From positions 128,001 through 192,000 of the forward strand of contig JAKFBS010000003.1 in the NCBI GenBank assembly GCA_036677065.1: 64,000 nt of DNA, read 5' to 3'. A model generated the notes under the pieces. That model had not been told where the DNA came from and searched no databases. It saw nothing but the letters and a program-made list of their open reading frames with translations. The DNA comes from Bdellovibrio sp. GTDB taxonomy: Bacteria > Bdellovibrionota > Bdellovibrionia > Bdellovibrionales > Bdellovibrionaceae. Both the position numbers and the translations under genes were made by a program. Of the stretch, positions 19,418 to 28,935 are shown piece after piece (the first letter of the stretch is position 1; every line of letters starts with the position of its first letter).

Positions 19418-21235
19418 ATGAAAATATATATATTACTTTTACTTACAATGTTTATGTTCGCGGTGGGATGTTCGAAATTCGAAATCGATGAATCATCTCT
19501 TTTAGATCTGACTGAGTGTGACGAAGGCGTTATCACCACGACAGAACCTTGCGTAGTGATGGCAAGTAAATATGTTTATAATGCTGAATACGGTGGGCGC
19601 ACAACTGTTGGTACAAATTTAACGACTGCAGATGGTTCTTTAACGCGCGCTTTGCCAGTGGGTTGGTATGATGGCCGAACTGCTACTGTAGTTGATACTG
19701 ATTTACAATCTTCAAATATTCAAAGCGGCACGACTATCTTTGGCGTGACCGGTGATCAAACCGGTTCATCTTTTCCATTATGTACAGCACCAGGTGTAGT
19801 TGATAGCGAAGGTCTAATCGGCGCTTCATGTAAAGCTGAAACCGGTAATTTCGTCTATGATGAAGAATACGGCGGACGCAGTAATATTTGCGTTGAAGAC
19901 GTTGAATTGACTGCACCTTGTTGGTTACCAATCACCGGCAGATATATTATTTCTGATTCAGTAACGATTGCCAACTGTACAGCTGAAGGTATTATCAGCA
20001 CGGCCTGCGTAGTTGCAGCCAGCAATTACTGGTATAACTCTGAGTACGGTGGTCGTTCATTAAATTGTACTTTAAATGTTCCCAATGCGGCTCCTTGCTG
20101 GACAAATCAACCCAATACCTATGTTCGCAGTGCGATTGCCTGTGCTGATGGTTACAACGGTGGATCATGTGTGATTTCGCCGCCAAAATATGTTTACACA
20201 ACTGAATACGGTGGTCGTAATACACTTTGTACTTCAAACAATGTGGGTAGCTGTTGGTTTGCAGCAGATAAAAATGTTGTCGATGCAAATTTAATCGCGG
20301 CCAATATTCGTGTGAGCGAAACTATTTTTGGAGTGGCTGGTTCATTCACGGGTGTATTAACAGAGTGGGGTTCGGGAATGTCGCGCACGACTTCAACCAC
20401 GGTTAATGTTTTAACTTATGTTTCTGAAACAACAACATATTCAGCGGCCTCGGCAACGGTGCTTCCTGCTTATTATCATCCGGTGCCACGAATTGCTTCA
20501 AGTGATGATGCTTATAACTTAACAACACAGGTCACGTTAGTTGATCGCACGGGTTGGGCCGCAACAACTTGCGGAACAGCGCAAGCTTCTATCGGATTAA
20601 GAATTGCCAATTGCGCGACCGTTTTCGGAGCCAATGCAACATGGGATGGGGGCTCTAAGGGCCACAACGGCGAAGGCCAATGGAAATTAGTGACTCGTAC
20701 CGGAGATGTATCTGCAGGAAAAGGCCGCGAAGTTTGGCAAGATCAATCAACCGGCTTAATGTGGAGCAGTGTAGTTTCAACAGGAATAAACTGGTGTAAA
20801 GCTTCAGGAAGTTCAAATTCGGTTGAATCAAATATCGTTGCCGGAAACTACAATGAAGATGATCCAAATGATATTTGTGATAATTCATTCTATCAAGTTC
20901 AATCGGCCAGCCCAATCAGTGCCTGTGAAGATGCCATAGGTTTTTCATCGACAGATACAGATATCGATAATGCCGGTAAAGCTGGTCTTGATAGAACAAC
21001 TACTCCGAAAGCTAAATGGCGTCTGCCATCAATTTACGATTACATGGTGGCAAACCATGACGGTCTTCGTTTTGTTATGCCTGATGCACTTAATGCAAAT
21101 ACCTCTGGTCAAGAGTGGACAGCCACCGTTGATTCGACAGATAGATTAAAAGCTTGGTTATTTGATCCGACAACTGGCACGCGCAGCAAAGATGAACGCA
21201 GTTTTAGTTACGCAGTTAGGTGTATAGGAAGGTAA
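19418..21235 (+). CDS. Paralogous Cys-rich lipoprotein with YGGR repeats and DUF1566/Lcl-like C-terminal domain
   Basis: Lipobox FAVGC after ATG 19418 (SD GGAAGG); 4 YxYxxEYGGR-type repeats; WQDQSTGLMWS...WRLPS...VRCIGR. Confidence 0.68.
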   Translation: MKIYILLLLTMFMFAVGCSKFEIDESSLLDLTECDEGVITTTEPCVVMASKYVYNAEYGGRTTVGTNLTTADGSLTRALPVGWYDGRTATVVDTDLQSSNIQSGTTIFGVTGDQTGSSFPLCTAPGVVDSEGLIGASCKAETGNFVYDEEYGGRSNICVEDVELTAPCWLPITGRYIISDSVTIANCTAEGIISTACVVAASNYWYNSEYGGRSLNCTLNVPNAAPCWTNQPNTYVRSAIACADGYNGGSCVISPPKYVYTTEYGGRNTLCTSNNVGSCWFAADKNVVDANLIAANIRVSETIFGVAGSFTGVLTEWGSGMSRTTSTTVNVLTYVSETTTYSAASATVLPAYYHPVPRIASSDDAYNLTTQVTLVDRTGWAATTCGTAQASIGLRIANCATVFGANATWDGGSKGHNGEGQWKLVTRTGDVSAGKGREVWQDQSTGLMWSSVVSTGINWCKASGSSNSVESNIVAGNYNEDDPNDICDNSFYQVQSASPISACEDAIGFSSTDTDIDNAGKAGLDRTTTPKAKWRLPSIYDYMVANHDGLRFVMPDALNANTSGQEWTATVDSTDRLKAWLFDPTTGTRSKDERSFSYAVRCIGR

Positions 21236-21237
21236 TT

Positions 21238-24200
21238 ATGAAAAAGATTTTATTGATCTGCTTTTTATTATCTACTTTATTCAGCTGTCAGGCTGAAATT
21301 ACTGATCCTATGATTCAGTCATCAGAAGCTCCTGTGGGAGACTCTGATTTTGATGAATGGGATCCGGCAAAAATTTTAGTTCCAGGGCTAAATCTGGTGA
21401 CGTTCACAGATGGTGACCGTGATACGACTTGGCCATATTACAAATCAGACATGACTCATAAAATTAAATATCAAATTGTATCAGGAACTTCTGAAGCTGA
21501 TGGTGCAGTGGATCCGGGTCTTTATACAGTAAAATTAGAATTTTCAACAAACAGCGGAACAACATGGACAACAATCACTGGCGCTGGCGCTTTACCAAGT
21601 GTTGCCGGTGCGGAAAGTTCATTTGACTGGGCCGTAGCCCCTGCATTTCAACCAGATGGCATCGGATATTTAATCAGAGCTACAGCTACAAATGCCGCTA
21701 ATAAAACAATTGCGACTCAGTCATCACGCACTTTCACTGTTGATGGCACGGCTCCTACGATTAACTTTTTCGGTTTAACTGCCGGTGCCCTTGGGGTTGT
21801 CAGTGTTGGCAGTGTCAGTGATGCAACTGTGGCTAAAGTGGTGAATCGCAGTTTCTTTGAAACTCGAATTGCTGCTTCAGATACAACCACAGTTATTAAA
21901 TTTGTTTGCGTAAAAGCTTTTGATCTTATCGCGCCAAATGCAGATGATACCTGCTGGCAGGATTTAGAAGATACTGCAGCGAAGTCATTAATCAAAACTG
22001 ATATTTCTACCTTTGTCGGTTTCGTACAAAACACTTATAAAATCAGTGTTTGGGCGATGGACTTTGCCGGTAATATTTCTGGGTTAACGGCAGGTACTGG
22101 TCAGGAAAATAAAGACCAAGTGACTATCGCGTACAATCCAGCAGTGGCTCCAACAATTACAAACATGATCGGTTCAACAAACGATTCATCATCATTGTCA
22201 CCGACAAAAGATCAAACAACGTTTGTGCAGAACCAAGATTTATTTATTCGCTGGAAAGTCACAGATTCAGACTTATTAACGGCTCCAATTAGTTTATATT
22301 ATACATTAGATGAAGAAACCTTCATTGAAGTTCCGAATATGCAAGATATCACGAATACTCCGGTAGGCTGTACCATTGACGGTAACTACACGGGCTGCCG
22401 CCGTATTCCTGCGCCAACAGATAAATATTTTAAAATTCAGATCAAAGTAAAAGATCAATCGGGCTTAGTTTCATTAAGTGCCACACCGGCATTGAATACA
22501 GAAAAGTTTTCGATTGTTGCTGGTAATACTGATTTAGGTATTAACGGCTCGGCAAATAAAGCGATTTTCTTATCAGTCGTTCGTGCAGCTGACGTTCCGG
22601 GTGATTTCGGTACACTGGCTGTAACTTCAAAAGGTAAAGTTTATTTCATGGATGCCACACGCGGAGTCTTATTAGTAGATCCGGTAGATGGGGTACAAAA
22701 AGTTTTCGTCGCCAAAGGCAGCACTAAAACTGGCGACGGCGGCCAAGCAACATCAGCAACAACGATCGGTAACGGAAAAATCACCGTCGATTACAAAGAT
22801 CGTCTGTTAATTTTTGACGGCGACCGAATTCGTCGCGTTGAAGCTGATGGTACGATTAACACGATTATTGGTGGTGGTACTGTTACAACTTACACCAAAG
22901 CAGTTCTTGCAAAAAGTTTAAAATTTTCAACTTCGATGAACATGTACACGTTATTTCAGGTATTACCGAACGGAAATATTTGGTTTACGCTGGGCAGTCC
23001 GACGGCGCGAGTAATAGATTATACGATGGGTATCTATAAAGCTGCTGAAGATAAAGTTTATTTTATGAAACTATCTGGCAAAGGTAAATACGGCGATCCA
23101 GAGTATATCTTTACGACAGATTATGTACGCACTATTGCCTTGTCATTCAATTACAGAACTTCGCAACCAGAGTTTTTAACATCATATATTTGTTTTCCTG
23201 TACCGGGCGGTTGTGGTCATCACGTGGCTAATTTCAATGCGCGTAATGGTGTAAGTGTGGGTTATGGAACGCATGCGCCAAATTATGCTTACTGGGAAAC
23301 GCAAATGTTTGCTTCACGTCGTGGCGCTGTTTATTGGTTAGGTGCCCATTATCCGTTTAAATTAGGTAAATACAATGTGGCTACAAACCAGTGGAACACA
23401 GTGGTCGGCGGGCAAACCCAAGGTTATTGTGCCGATGGTGGAACCGCAGCCGCGTGTAATATTTCAGGTATCGATGCATTTGTTGATGCAACAAATACAG
23501 TTTATTTTAACGATGCCGGGCAAATTCGTGTAATTTTACCAGATGGTAAATTAAAAACTCTGTTCGGTGAAAGAAAATCTGCCGGTGACGGCGCTTCGCC
23601 ATTAGCTGCGCGCATGAATGGTGTAAACTACTTAGGCGTGTGGGGAGCCAGTGACACTGTTGTTGCTGCCGATAATAAAGAATTTAATGTGCGTGAAATT
23701 ACGCAAGGGGACGCTGGTGTAATTTCACGCTTAGCTGGTAATTATACGGACGAAGGCGTTTCTTTTGAAGCTCCGTCGGTCAATCGCTATTCAACAAATG
23801 CTGCATCAGCATCGTCATTTGCCAACGAATTCTGGGGCGGTATTCAAGGTGTGCAAGTTGATCCGCGCGACGGAACATTCTATGCGTCACTGACTCGTAA
23901 TGGAATTGTTGTTAAATATGAAAGAGATGTAATGACTGGTAAAGCCGGTAAATGGAAACTGGTGCTTGGTGCTGGTGGAACTCCGTTTTTAAGTACCGCA
24001 GCTAACGGGGTTGAAGGCCGAAACATTTCAATGAATGGTTATCCTTTAGTTCTTCACGGGATCATGGTTCCGGATGGAAGTACAATTGGAACTTACGCTG
24101 TTGAAAATGGAACTTCGCAAGCTTATTTAGTGGCTTGGACGCAGGCTTGGAACGGAAGTTGTCACGTCAATCAACATGCGAAAGTTTTTAGTTCAACAAG

Positions 24201-24744
24201 CGGTACGGTTCGTAAGTTTATGGGAGCAGAAACTAACCCGACATGTTATGGGCATCCGCTTTTTGAAGAAGGCGTTGATATTAGTGATAGTGTTTACATG
24301 CCGAATTGGGGTCATCAAACAACGTCTTCTATTTATTTCAAAGAAGAACGTGCTTTATTAATGGTAAATCCAGGATACGCAAAAATCATTAAAGCGGCAA
24401 TATCGCGTAATGGTTCAGACCAAATTATCGGTGCGGGGATGTCGTCGGTTTTTGCCACAACGGCAAAAGGAATTCGTTCATTTACTTATAAGAAAAATGC
24501 ATCAAGCCAGTATGAAGTCTATTACTGCGCGACTGATGGTACATTAAATAAAAAGAATTTAACTACAGGAGTAGAAACAAATTTACCACTACCGACCAGT
24601 AGTACAGGTAAAAAGTTTTTTACATGTGACGGAAATTCAATTTCTTGGGATTATAATAAGCAGCAAGTGTATTTTCCAACCAGACAAAATGGTTTGTCGG
24701 GTGTAGGCAAGTACTGTGTTACGACAACAGGAATATGTCCATGA
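21238..24744 (+). CDS. Large lipoprotein with Ig-like N-terminal domains and NHL/beta-propeller-like repeats
   Basis: Lipobox LFSC; LEFSTNSGTTW, FTVDGTAPTI; NHL-like GDGGQAT, DRIRRV, INTIIGGG, ISRLAGN. Confidence 0.62.
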   Translation: MKKILLICFLLSTLFSCQAEITDPMIQSSEAPVGDSDFDEWDPAKILVPGLNLVTFTDGDRDTTWPYYKSDMTHKIKYQIVSGTSEADGAVDPGLYTVKLEFSTNSGTTWTTITGAGALPSVAGAESSFDWAVAPAFQPDGIGYLIRATATNAANKTIATQSSRTFTVDGTAPTINFFGLTAGALGVVSVGSVSDATVAKVVNRSFFETRIAASDTTTVIKFVCVKAFDLIAPNADDTCWQDLEDTAAKSLIKTDISTFVGFVQNTYKISVWAMDFAGNISGLTAGTGQENKDQVTIAYNPAVAPTITNMIGSTNDSSSLSPTKDQTTFVQNQDLFIRWKVTDSDLLTAPISLYYTLDEETFIEVPNMQDITNTPVGCTIDGNYTGCRRIPAPTDKYFKIQIKVKDQSGLVSLSATPALNTEKFSIVAGNTDLGINGSANKAIFLSVVRAADVPGDFGTLAVTSKGKVYFMDATRGVLLVDPVDGVQKVFVAKGSTKTGDGGQATSATTIGNGKITVDYKDRLLIFDGDRIRRVEADGTINTIIGGGTVTTYTKAVLAKSLKFSTSMNMYTLFQVLPNGNIWFTLGSPTARVIDYTMGIYKAAEDKVYFMKLSGKGKYGDPEYIFTTDYVRTIALSFNYRTSQPEFLTSYICFPVPGGCGHHVANFNARNGVSVGYGTHAPNYAYWETQMFASRRGAVYWLGAHYPFKLGKYNVATNQWNTVVGGQTQGYCADGGTAAACNISGIDAFVDATNTVYFNDAGQIRVILPDGKLKTLFGERKSAGDGASPLAARMNGVNYLGVWGASDTVVAADNKEFNVREITQGDAGVISRLAGNYTDEGVSFEAPSVNRYSTNAASASSFANEFWGGIQGVQVDPRDGTFYASLTRNGIVVKYERDVMTGKAGKWKLVLGAGGTPFLSTAANGVEGRNISMNGYPLVLHGIMVPDGSTIGTYAVENGTSQAYLVAWTQAWNGSCHVNQHAKVFSSTSGTVRKFMGAETNPTCYGHPLFEEGVDISDSVYMPNWGHQTTSSIYFKEERALLMVNPGYAKIIKAAISRNGSDQIIGAGMSSVFATTAKGIRSFTYKKNASSQYEVYYCATDGTLNKKNLTTGVETNLPLPTSSTGKKFFTCDGNSISWDYNKQQVYFPTRQNGLSGVGKYCVTTTGICP

Positions 24745-26021
24745 CGATGAAGAGATTTTTTGCAGGAGTACTATTTACTATGATGAGCCTATCATCACAA
24801 GTTTATGCGCAAGTTAAAATGACCGATGAAAAAGGTCAGGTTGTCGCATGGCCTGCGAAAGAAGAGTTTTTTACTAACCCAGAAGGCTTTCGCCAATATG
24901 GTGTAAGCGTGGTAATTCCTGATGCTAAAGCGGATACAGAACTGATTACTGAAAACGGGGTTACAGCTCCTGTTGCTGACAAAACAATTTGGTACATTCA
25001 AAGTGGCGTTGATACTTTAACGTACACCACGCAATCAGGTACCGAGAAAAAAATCACAGCCGAGTGGACGCCACTTGCAAAATCACGAATCGTGGTTGAG
25101 CGTTGTGCAAAAAATTCGGCGCGCGTGCAATTACAAGATCCTAAAAAACCGTTGAATTTTCCGTTAGCGGTTTCTTGTGATAACTCGCAAAAAGTTTTAA
25201 ATATTACTTTAAGTGCCCCAGCCCAAGTCGAATGGATGGATTCAACATTATTCGAAGTGGCCGGCAAAGGTGAGCCATGGAGAAGTTATAACTTACCAGC
25301 CACATCACCAAAAGGCGGAGCGATTGGTACGATCTCGTTAAGAAACGGCGATCAACAATATGTCTTAGAATTAATTACGCCGAAAAATATCGATTTAGCT
25401 AAAAAAGAAGCGATGGATAAGACCATTCAAAAAAATTCCAGCGAATTACAACAAGCTATTTATCTTGGAAAATTAGATTTAAGTTACACGGCAGATCCTG
25501 TCGTTAGCGAAGACAGTAAGTATTCATTTAAGTATTCTGTGTTAAGCCCGAAATATATGAACTTCTTTAAATTCGGCGGCGAATTTAGAACAAGTTTTGC
25601 TTTAGGTAAAAAAGAAGAAGCTGTAGATATGCTTTATTACAATGCGCATGTTGGTGCTCATTATAATTATAAAAACGTACTTGATCTGGGTTTGCGTGCA
25701 CTTTTTTCTGGAATCACGGTTCAGCAAAAATCATCAACTGCAAAATTGTCTTCAAACCAAGCGGGTTATGGCCTTTATGCAGATTATTTATTTGATCCAA
25801 AAAATCGTATGATCGCGCGCGTGAATATGATTGGCATGATGTCTGAAGTGATTAAATCGCATACTGAAATCGGTGTTGAGTATCGTTACCAGTTCACAAT
25901 GAATAAAAAACCACTCTGGATCGGCGCAGGCTATAATTCAGAAACTTATAATGCTGAAACTGCTGCAGGTCTTAGTCGCGAATTCAAAAATACAGAACTA
26001 CAACTGGTGGTGGGATTCTAG
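24741..26021 (+). CDS. Secreted protein with probable C-terminal outer-membrane beta-barrel
   Basis: Signal peptide ending VYA; alternating amphipathic strands in the C-terminal half; terminal Phe (ELQLVVGF); ATGA overlap with upstream gene (alternative start 24735). Confidence 0.55.
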   Translation: MTMKRFFAGVLFTMMSLSSQVYAQVKMTDEKGQVVAWPAKEEFFTNPEGFRQYGVSVVIPDAKADTELITENGVTAPVADKTIWYIQSGVDTLTYTTQSGTEKKITAEWTPLAKSRIVVERCAKNSARVQLQDPKKPLNFPLAVSCDNSQKVLNITLSAPAQVEWMDSTLFEVAGKGEPWRSYNLPATSPKGGAIGTISLRNGDQQYVLELITPKNIDLAKKEAMDKTIQKNSSELQQAIYLGKLDLSYTADPVVSEDSKYSFKYSVLSPKYMNFFKFGGEFRTSFALGKKEEAVDMLYYNAHVGAHYNYKNVLDLGLRALFSGITVQQKSSTAKLSSNQAGYGLYADYLFDPKNRMIARVNMIGMMSEVIKSHTEIGVEYRYQFTMNKKPLWIGAGYNSETYNAETAAGLSREFKNTELQLVVGF

Positions 26022-28049
26022 ATGCTAAAGACTAAAAAACTTTTCATTTATTTAAGTGTTTTATTAGCAGGGATGTTAACAGTCTCTGGCTGTGAAAGCA
26101 CGATTCAGGATCCGGTAACACCGGCTTCAGAAAGCCCGCCAATGAATGGTCAGTCCCCAATTGTGGTGATTGAATCATTACGTGGTGGTGAATATGTTAA
26201 AGGTGGAACATTATACCAAGTTCACTTAACTATTACTGATCCAACATTAGATTCGAACTCAAGCACGATTGAATATAGTCGTGATGCAGGTTTAACATGG
26301 ACAGTAATGACATCATCTACAGGACAAGATGGTAACGATTTTGCGACTAATTCTGGTGAAGAAACTGTTTTTAATTGGTCAGTGCCACGCGAATTAGATT
26401 GTTTGGCGTCAAGCCAAGTCAGCGATGGTAACAATTATAAAATCCGTGTATTAACACGCGGTCGTCCGGATGCATTTCCGACTTTAGAAGTAACGCCGGG
26501 AATGTTTACCGTAGATTCTTGTGCGCCAATTATGCTGGGAATGAATTTTGGTCATATCGACGGCGACGTTTCAACCGGATTTTCTACAATTTCACTTCCG
26601 AACATCACAGATACTTTTTCGCTATCGCCGATCAAAGATGTTTGTCTTAAACATTTTACGACAACAGCTCCCACTGAAACTGATGCATGCTGGTTAAATG
26701 TAAATAGTTTGACTGGTTCATCTGGCGAGACCTCGCTGTCTAATGTTAGTATGCCGTTCTTTTATGGTTTTACGACGATGGCAAGTATGACCACAACTCT
26801 TTGGGCCCGTGACTATGCTCATAATCAAAGTGAATTAACACTGGTAGCGTCTTCACCAGTGGGAGTAACAAATACTGATATTACCGATGTCTATACGCGT
26901 ACTTGTGCGGGTGCAAACTGTACAGGTAAAACAATCACTGGCGGAGCTGTATCAAGCCATGTCGTGGTTAACAGTGTAACAGTAATGAATAAGTCTGATG
27001 GCCCAGCAGCGCCGACATTGTTAGATCCACAAATGTTTGTGGTGGATTCTGCAGGAATAGTTTACATCCGCGATAAAGTGCGCGGCATTGTTAAAGTAAA
27101 TCCGATTACAGGAACTCAAACTGTGATCGTGCCACAAACAGGAACAATAGCTGACGGGCTATTGGCGATAGCCTCAGTCAAAAAGCCAATGCGTATTGCC
27201 CTTGATCGCGAAGAAAATTTAATTATCTTTGATTACGATCGTATTCGCCGAATTAATTTAAATGAAGCACCGGGTTCACAAACGATTGAAACCATAGTTG
27301 GTGGCGGATCTGACACATCAGGCACGGTTACGACAGCCACTAACTTACAAATTGATTACCACGATAATTTACTATGGTATGGCACATTTCAAGTTTTACC
27401 GAATAACTGGATTGTTTTTAACTCAGAAGATCCACTCAAAGAATTAGATAATTCTGTTTTACCTGATGAAACGGATCGTTTTCGATTACGCGTATATCGT
27501 CCAGATCGTGATATTAAAATTATTTCAATTAAGTTATCTGGTACTGGTGTAAGTGGTGATTCAGGTCAAGCTGTTGATACCCTGTGGCCTTACGGCGGTA
27601 TGGGTGTGACATACGATACGACCAATAAAGATATATCTTATATCTATGCGCGCCTTTGTGATGACGATACATCGTGTGCTTTTCAGACGATGTCTGTATT
27701 TGGCGAAGACGGTGTGGCAGTTTCGGCAGCTGCACTAAATTTTATAGTGCCTAGTTATTTTAGTAATAATAATTTATTTGTCTCGCGCACAGGTAATCTT
27801 TATTCAATGAATCGCCTTGAAGGTTATATTCGCCGTTACGATGGTAGTTCTTGGTCTACACAAGTAGGGCGCGGCTTTCAGAACTTCGCATCACTTTGCG
27901 CTAATGGAACCGGAAAAACAGCTTGCGAACTTGATCTATGGGATACTTTTGTGGGTGCCAATGAAAGAATTTATTTTATTGATTCGGGTGTAGTTCGCTT
28001 CGTCGATTCATATGGTAAAGTTCATTCATACGTAACGCTTACGCCTTAG
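26022..28049 (+). CDS. Lipoprotein, shorter paralog of the 21238 NHL-like protein
   Basis: Lipobox VSGC; motifs shared with the 21238 protein (EYSRDAGLTW, FTVDSCAP, DACW, LIIFDYDRIRRI, FQVLPN). Confidence 0.62.
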   Translation: MLKTKKLFIYLSVLLAGMLTVSGCESTIQDPVTPASESPPMNGQSPIVVIESLRGGEYVKGGTLYQVHLTITDPTLDSNSSTIEYSRDAGLTWTVMTSSTGQDGNDFATNSGEETVFNWSVPRELDCLASSQVSDGNNYKIRVLTRGRPDAFPTLEVTPGMFTVDSCAPIMLGMNFGHIDGDVSTGFSTISLPNITDTFSLSPIKDVCLKHFTTTAPTETDACWLNVNSLTGSSGETSLSNVSMPFFYGFTTMASMTTTLWARDYAHNQSELTLVASSPVGVTNTDITDVYTRTCAGANCTGKTITGGAVSSHVVVNSVTVMNKSDGPAAPTLLDPQMFVVDSAGIVYIRDKVRGIVKVNPITGTQTVIVPQTGTIADGLLAIASVKKPMRIALDREENLIIFDYDRIRRINLNEAPGSQTIETIVGGGSDTSGTVTTATNLQIDYHDNLLWYGTFQVLPNNWIVFNSEDPLKELDNSVLPDETDRFRLRVYRPDRDIKIISIKLSGTGVSGDSGQAVDTLWPYGGMGVTYDTTNKDISYIYARLCDDDTSCAFQTMSVFGEDGVAVSAAALNFIVPSYFSNNNLFVSRTGNLYSMNRLEGYIRRYDGSSWSTQVGRGFQNFASLCANGTGKTACELDLWDTFVGANERIYFIDSGVVRFVDSYGKVHSYVTLTP

Positions 28050-28058
28050 CGTAATAAT

Positions 28059-28916
28059 TTAAAATTCCATACCGATGCCAGCATGCAACGCAAACTGGCT
28101 AATAACCGGAACTTTCTCTGAATAATTTAATGAGTAGTGATATTCCATTCCGACCGGAATAAAATATTTTTTAGTGATCAAATAATCTGCGCCAGTACTT
28201 ACTAAAATTGAGTTTGCAATGCCGATGGCGCCTTTGTTTAACGATGTTGAGCTTTTATTTAAAGGAAATTTAATTCCAGAACCTGCCGCTACCCAAGTGA
28301 CCAAACGGTTTTTGCGGTAGTAATCATAACGAATCGCTGCCGAGGCCGCGATATAATTAATGTCGACCGTGCAATTTGTAGATGTCTTACTCGAACAAGA
28401 ATTAAATCTTGCTGTTCCTTTAACTTCTACCGGCTCCATACCTAATGAACCCCGCAATAAAAACCAATCCGTTGGCCAATCGATAACCGCAAAACCGCCC
28501 ACACTAGAACCGGTCATTGTGACTGTTTCTGAATTCGGCGTTGGAAATGAATTGTCTCTTTGTTTGATTGAAATCCCGTTGTTTAAATATTTAAATTGTA
28601 ACGAAACTTTGATGGCTTCTTCATTAAACTTAGGATCGGCTTTGATTCTTTCAACTTGCTCGCCGACAGTGAAGTTACCATCTTGAAGTTTACCGATAGC
28701 TTGGCCAGGGCGAATAGTGATAACAATAGCGCGGCCTTGAAATTCAGCGCCCGGAAGAGTTTTTAAATAATCACCACGCTCTAGAATCTGGCCTTCTAGG
28801 TCAACTAAGATTTTATTATTGCGAATTTCTAAAACTTTATAAGCCTGTGCCTGTTGTAAACAGAATAGCTGTATCATTAGCGTTGTAAAAAATAAGACAA
28901 AAGCAGAATTTCTCAT
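28059..28916 (-). CDS. Outer-membrane beta-barrel protein with small N-terminal beta domain
   Basis: Signal peptide (AQA), amphipathic beta strands, C-terminal AGIGMEF. Confidence 0.6.
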   Translation of the reverse strand: MRNSAFVLFFTTLMIQLFCLQQAQAYKVLEIRNNKILVDLEGQILERGDYLKTLPGAEFQGRAIVITIRPGQAIGKLQDGNFTVGEQVERIKADPKFNEEAIKVSLQFKYLNNGISIKQRDNSFPTPNSETVTMTGSSVGGFAVIDWPTDWFLLRGSLGMEPVEVKGTARFNSCSSKTSTNCTVDINYIAASAAIRYDYYRKNRLVTWVAAGSGIKFPLNKSSTSLNKGAIGIANSILVSTGADYLITKKYFIPVGMEYHYSLNYSEKVPVISQFALHAGIGMEF

Positions 28917-28935
28917 CGGCTCTTTTAGTATGGGT

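Noticed and set aside
19250..21235. Diversity-generating retroelement targeting the DUF1566-like C-termini
   Set aside because: No reverse transcriptase and no adenine-specific template repeat seen in the window; the two 3' ends look like ordinary diverged paralogs. A distant TR cannot be excluded.
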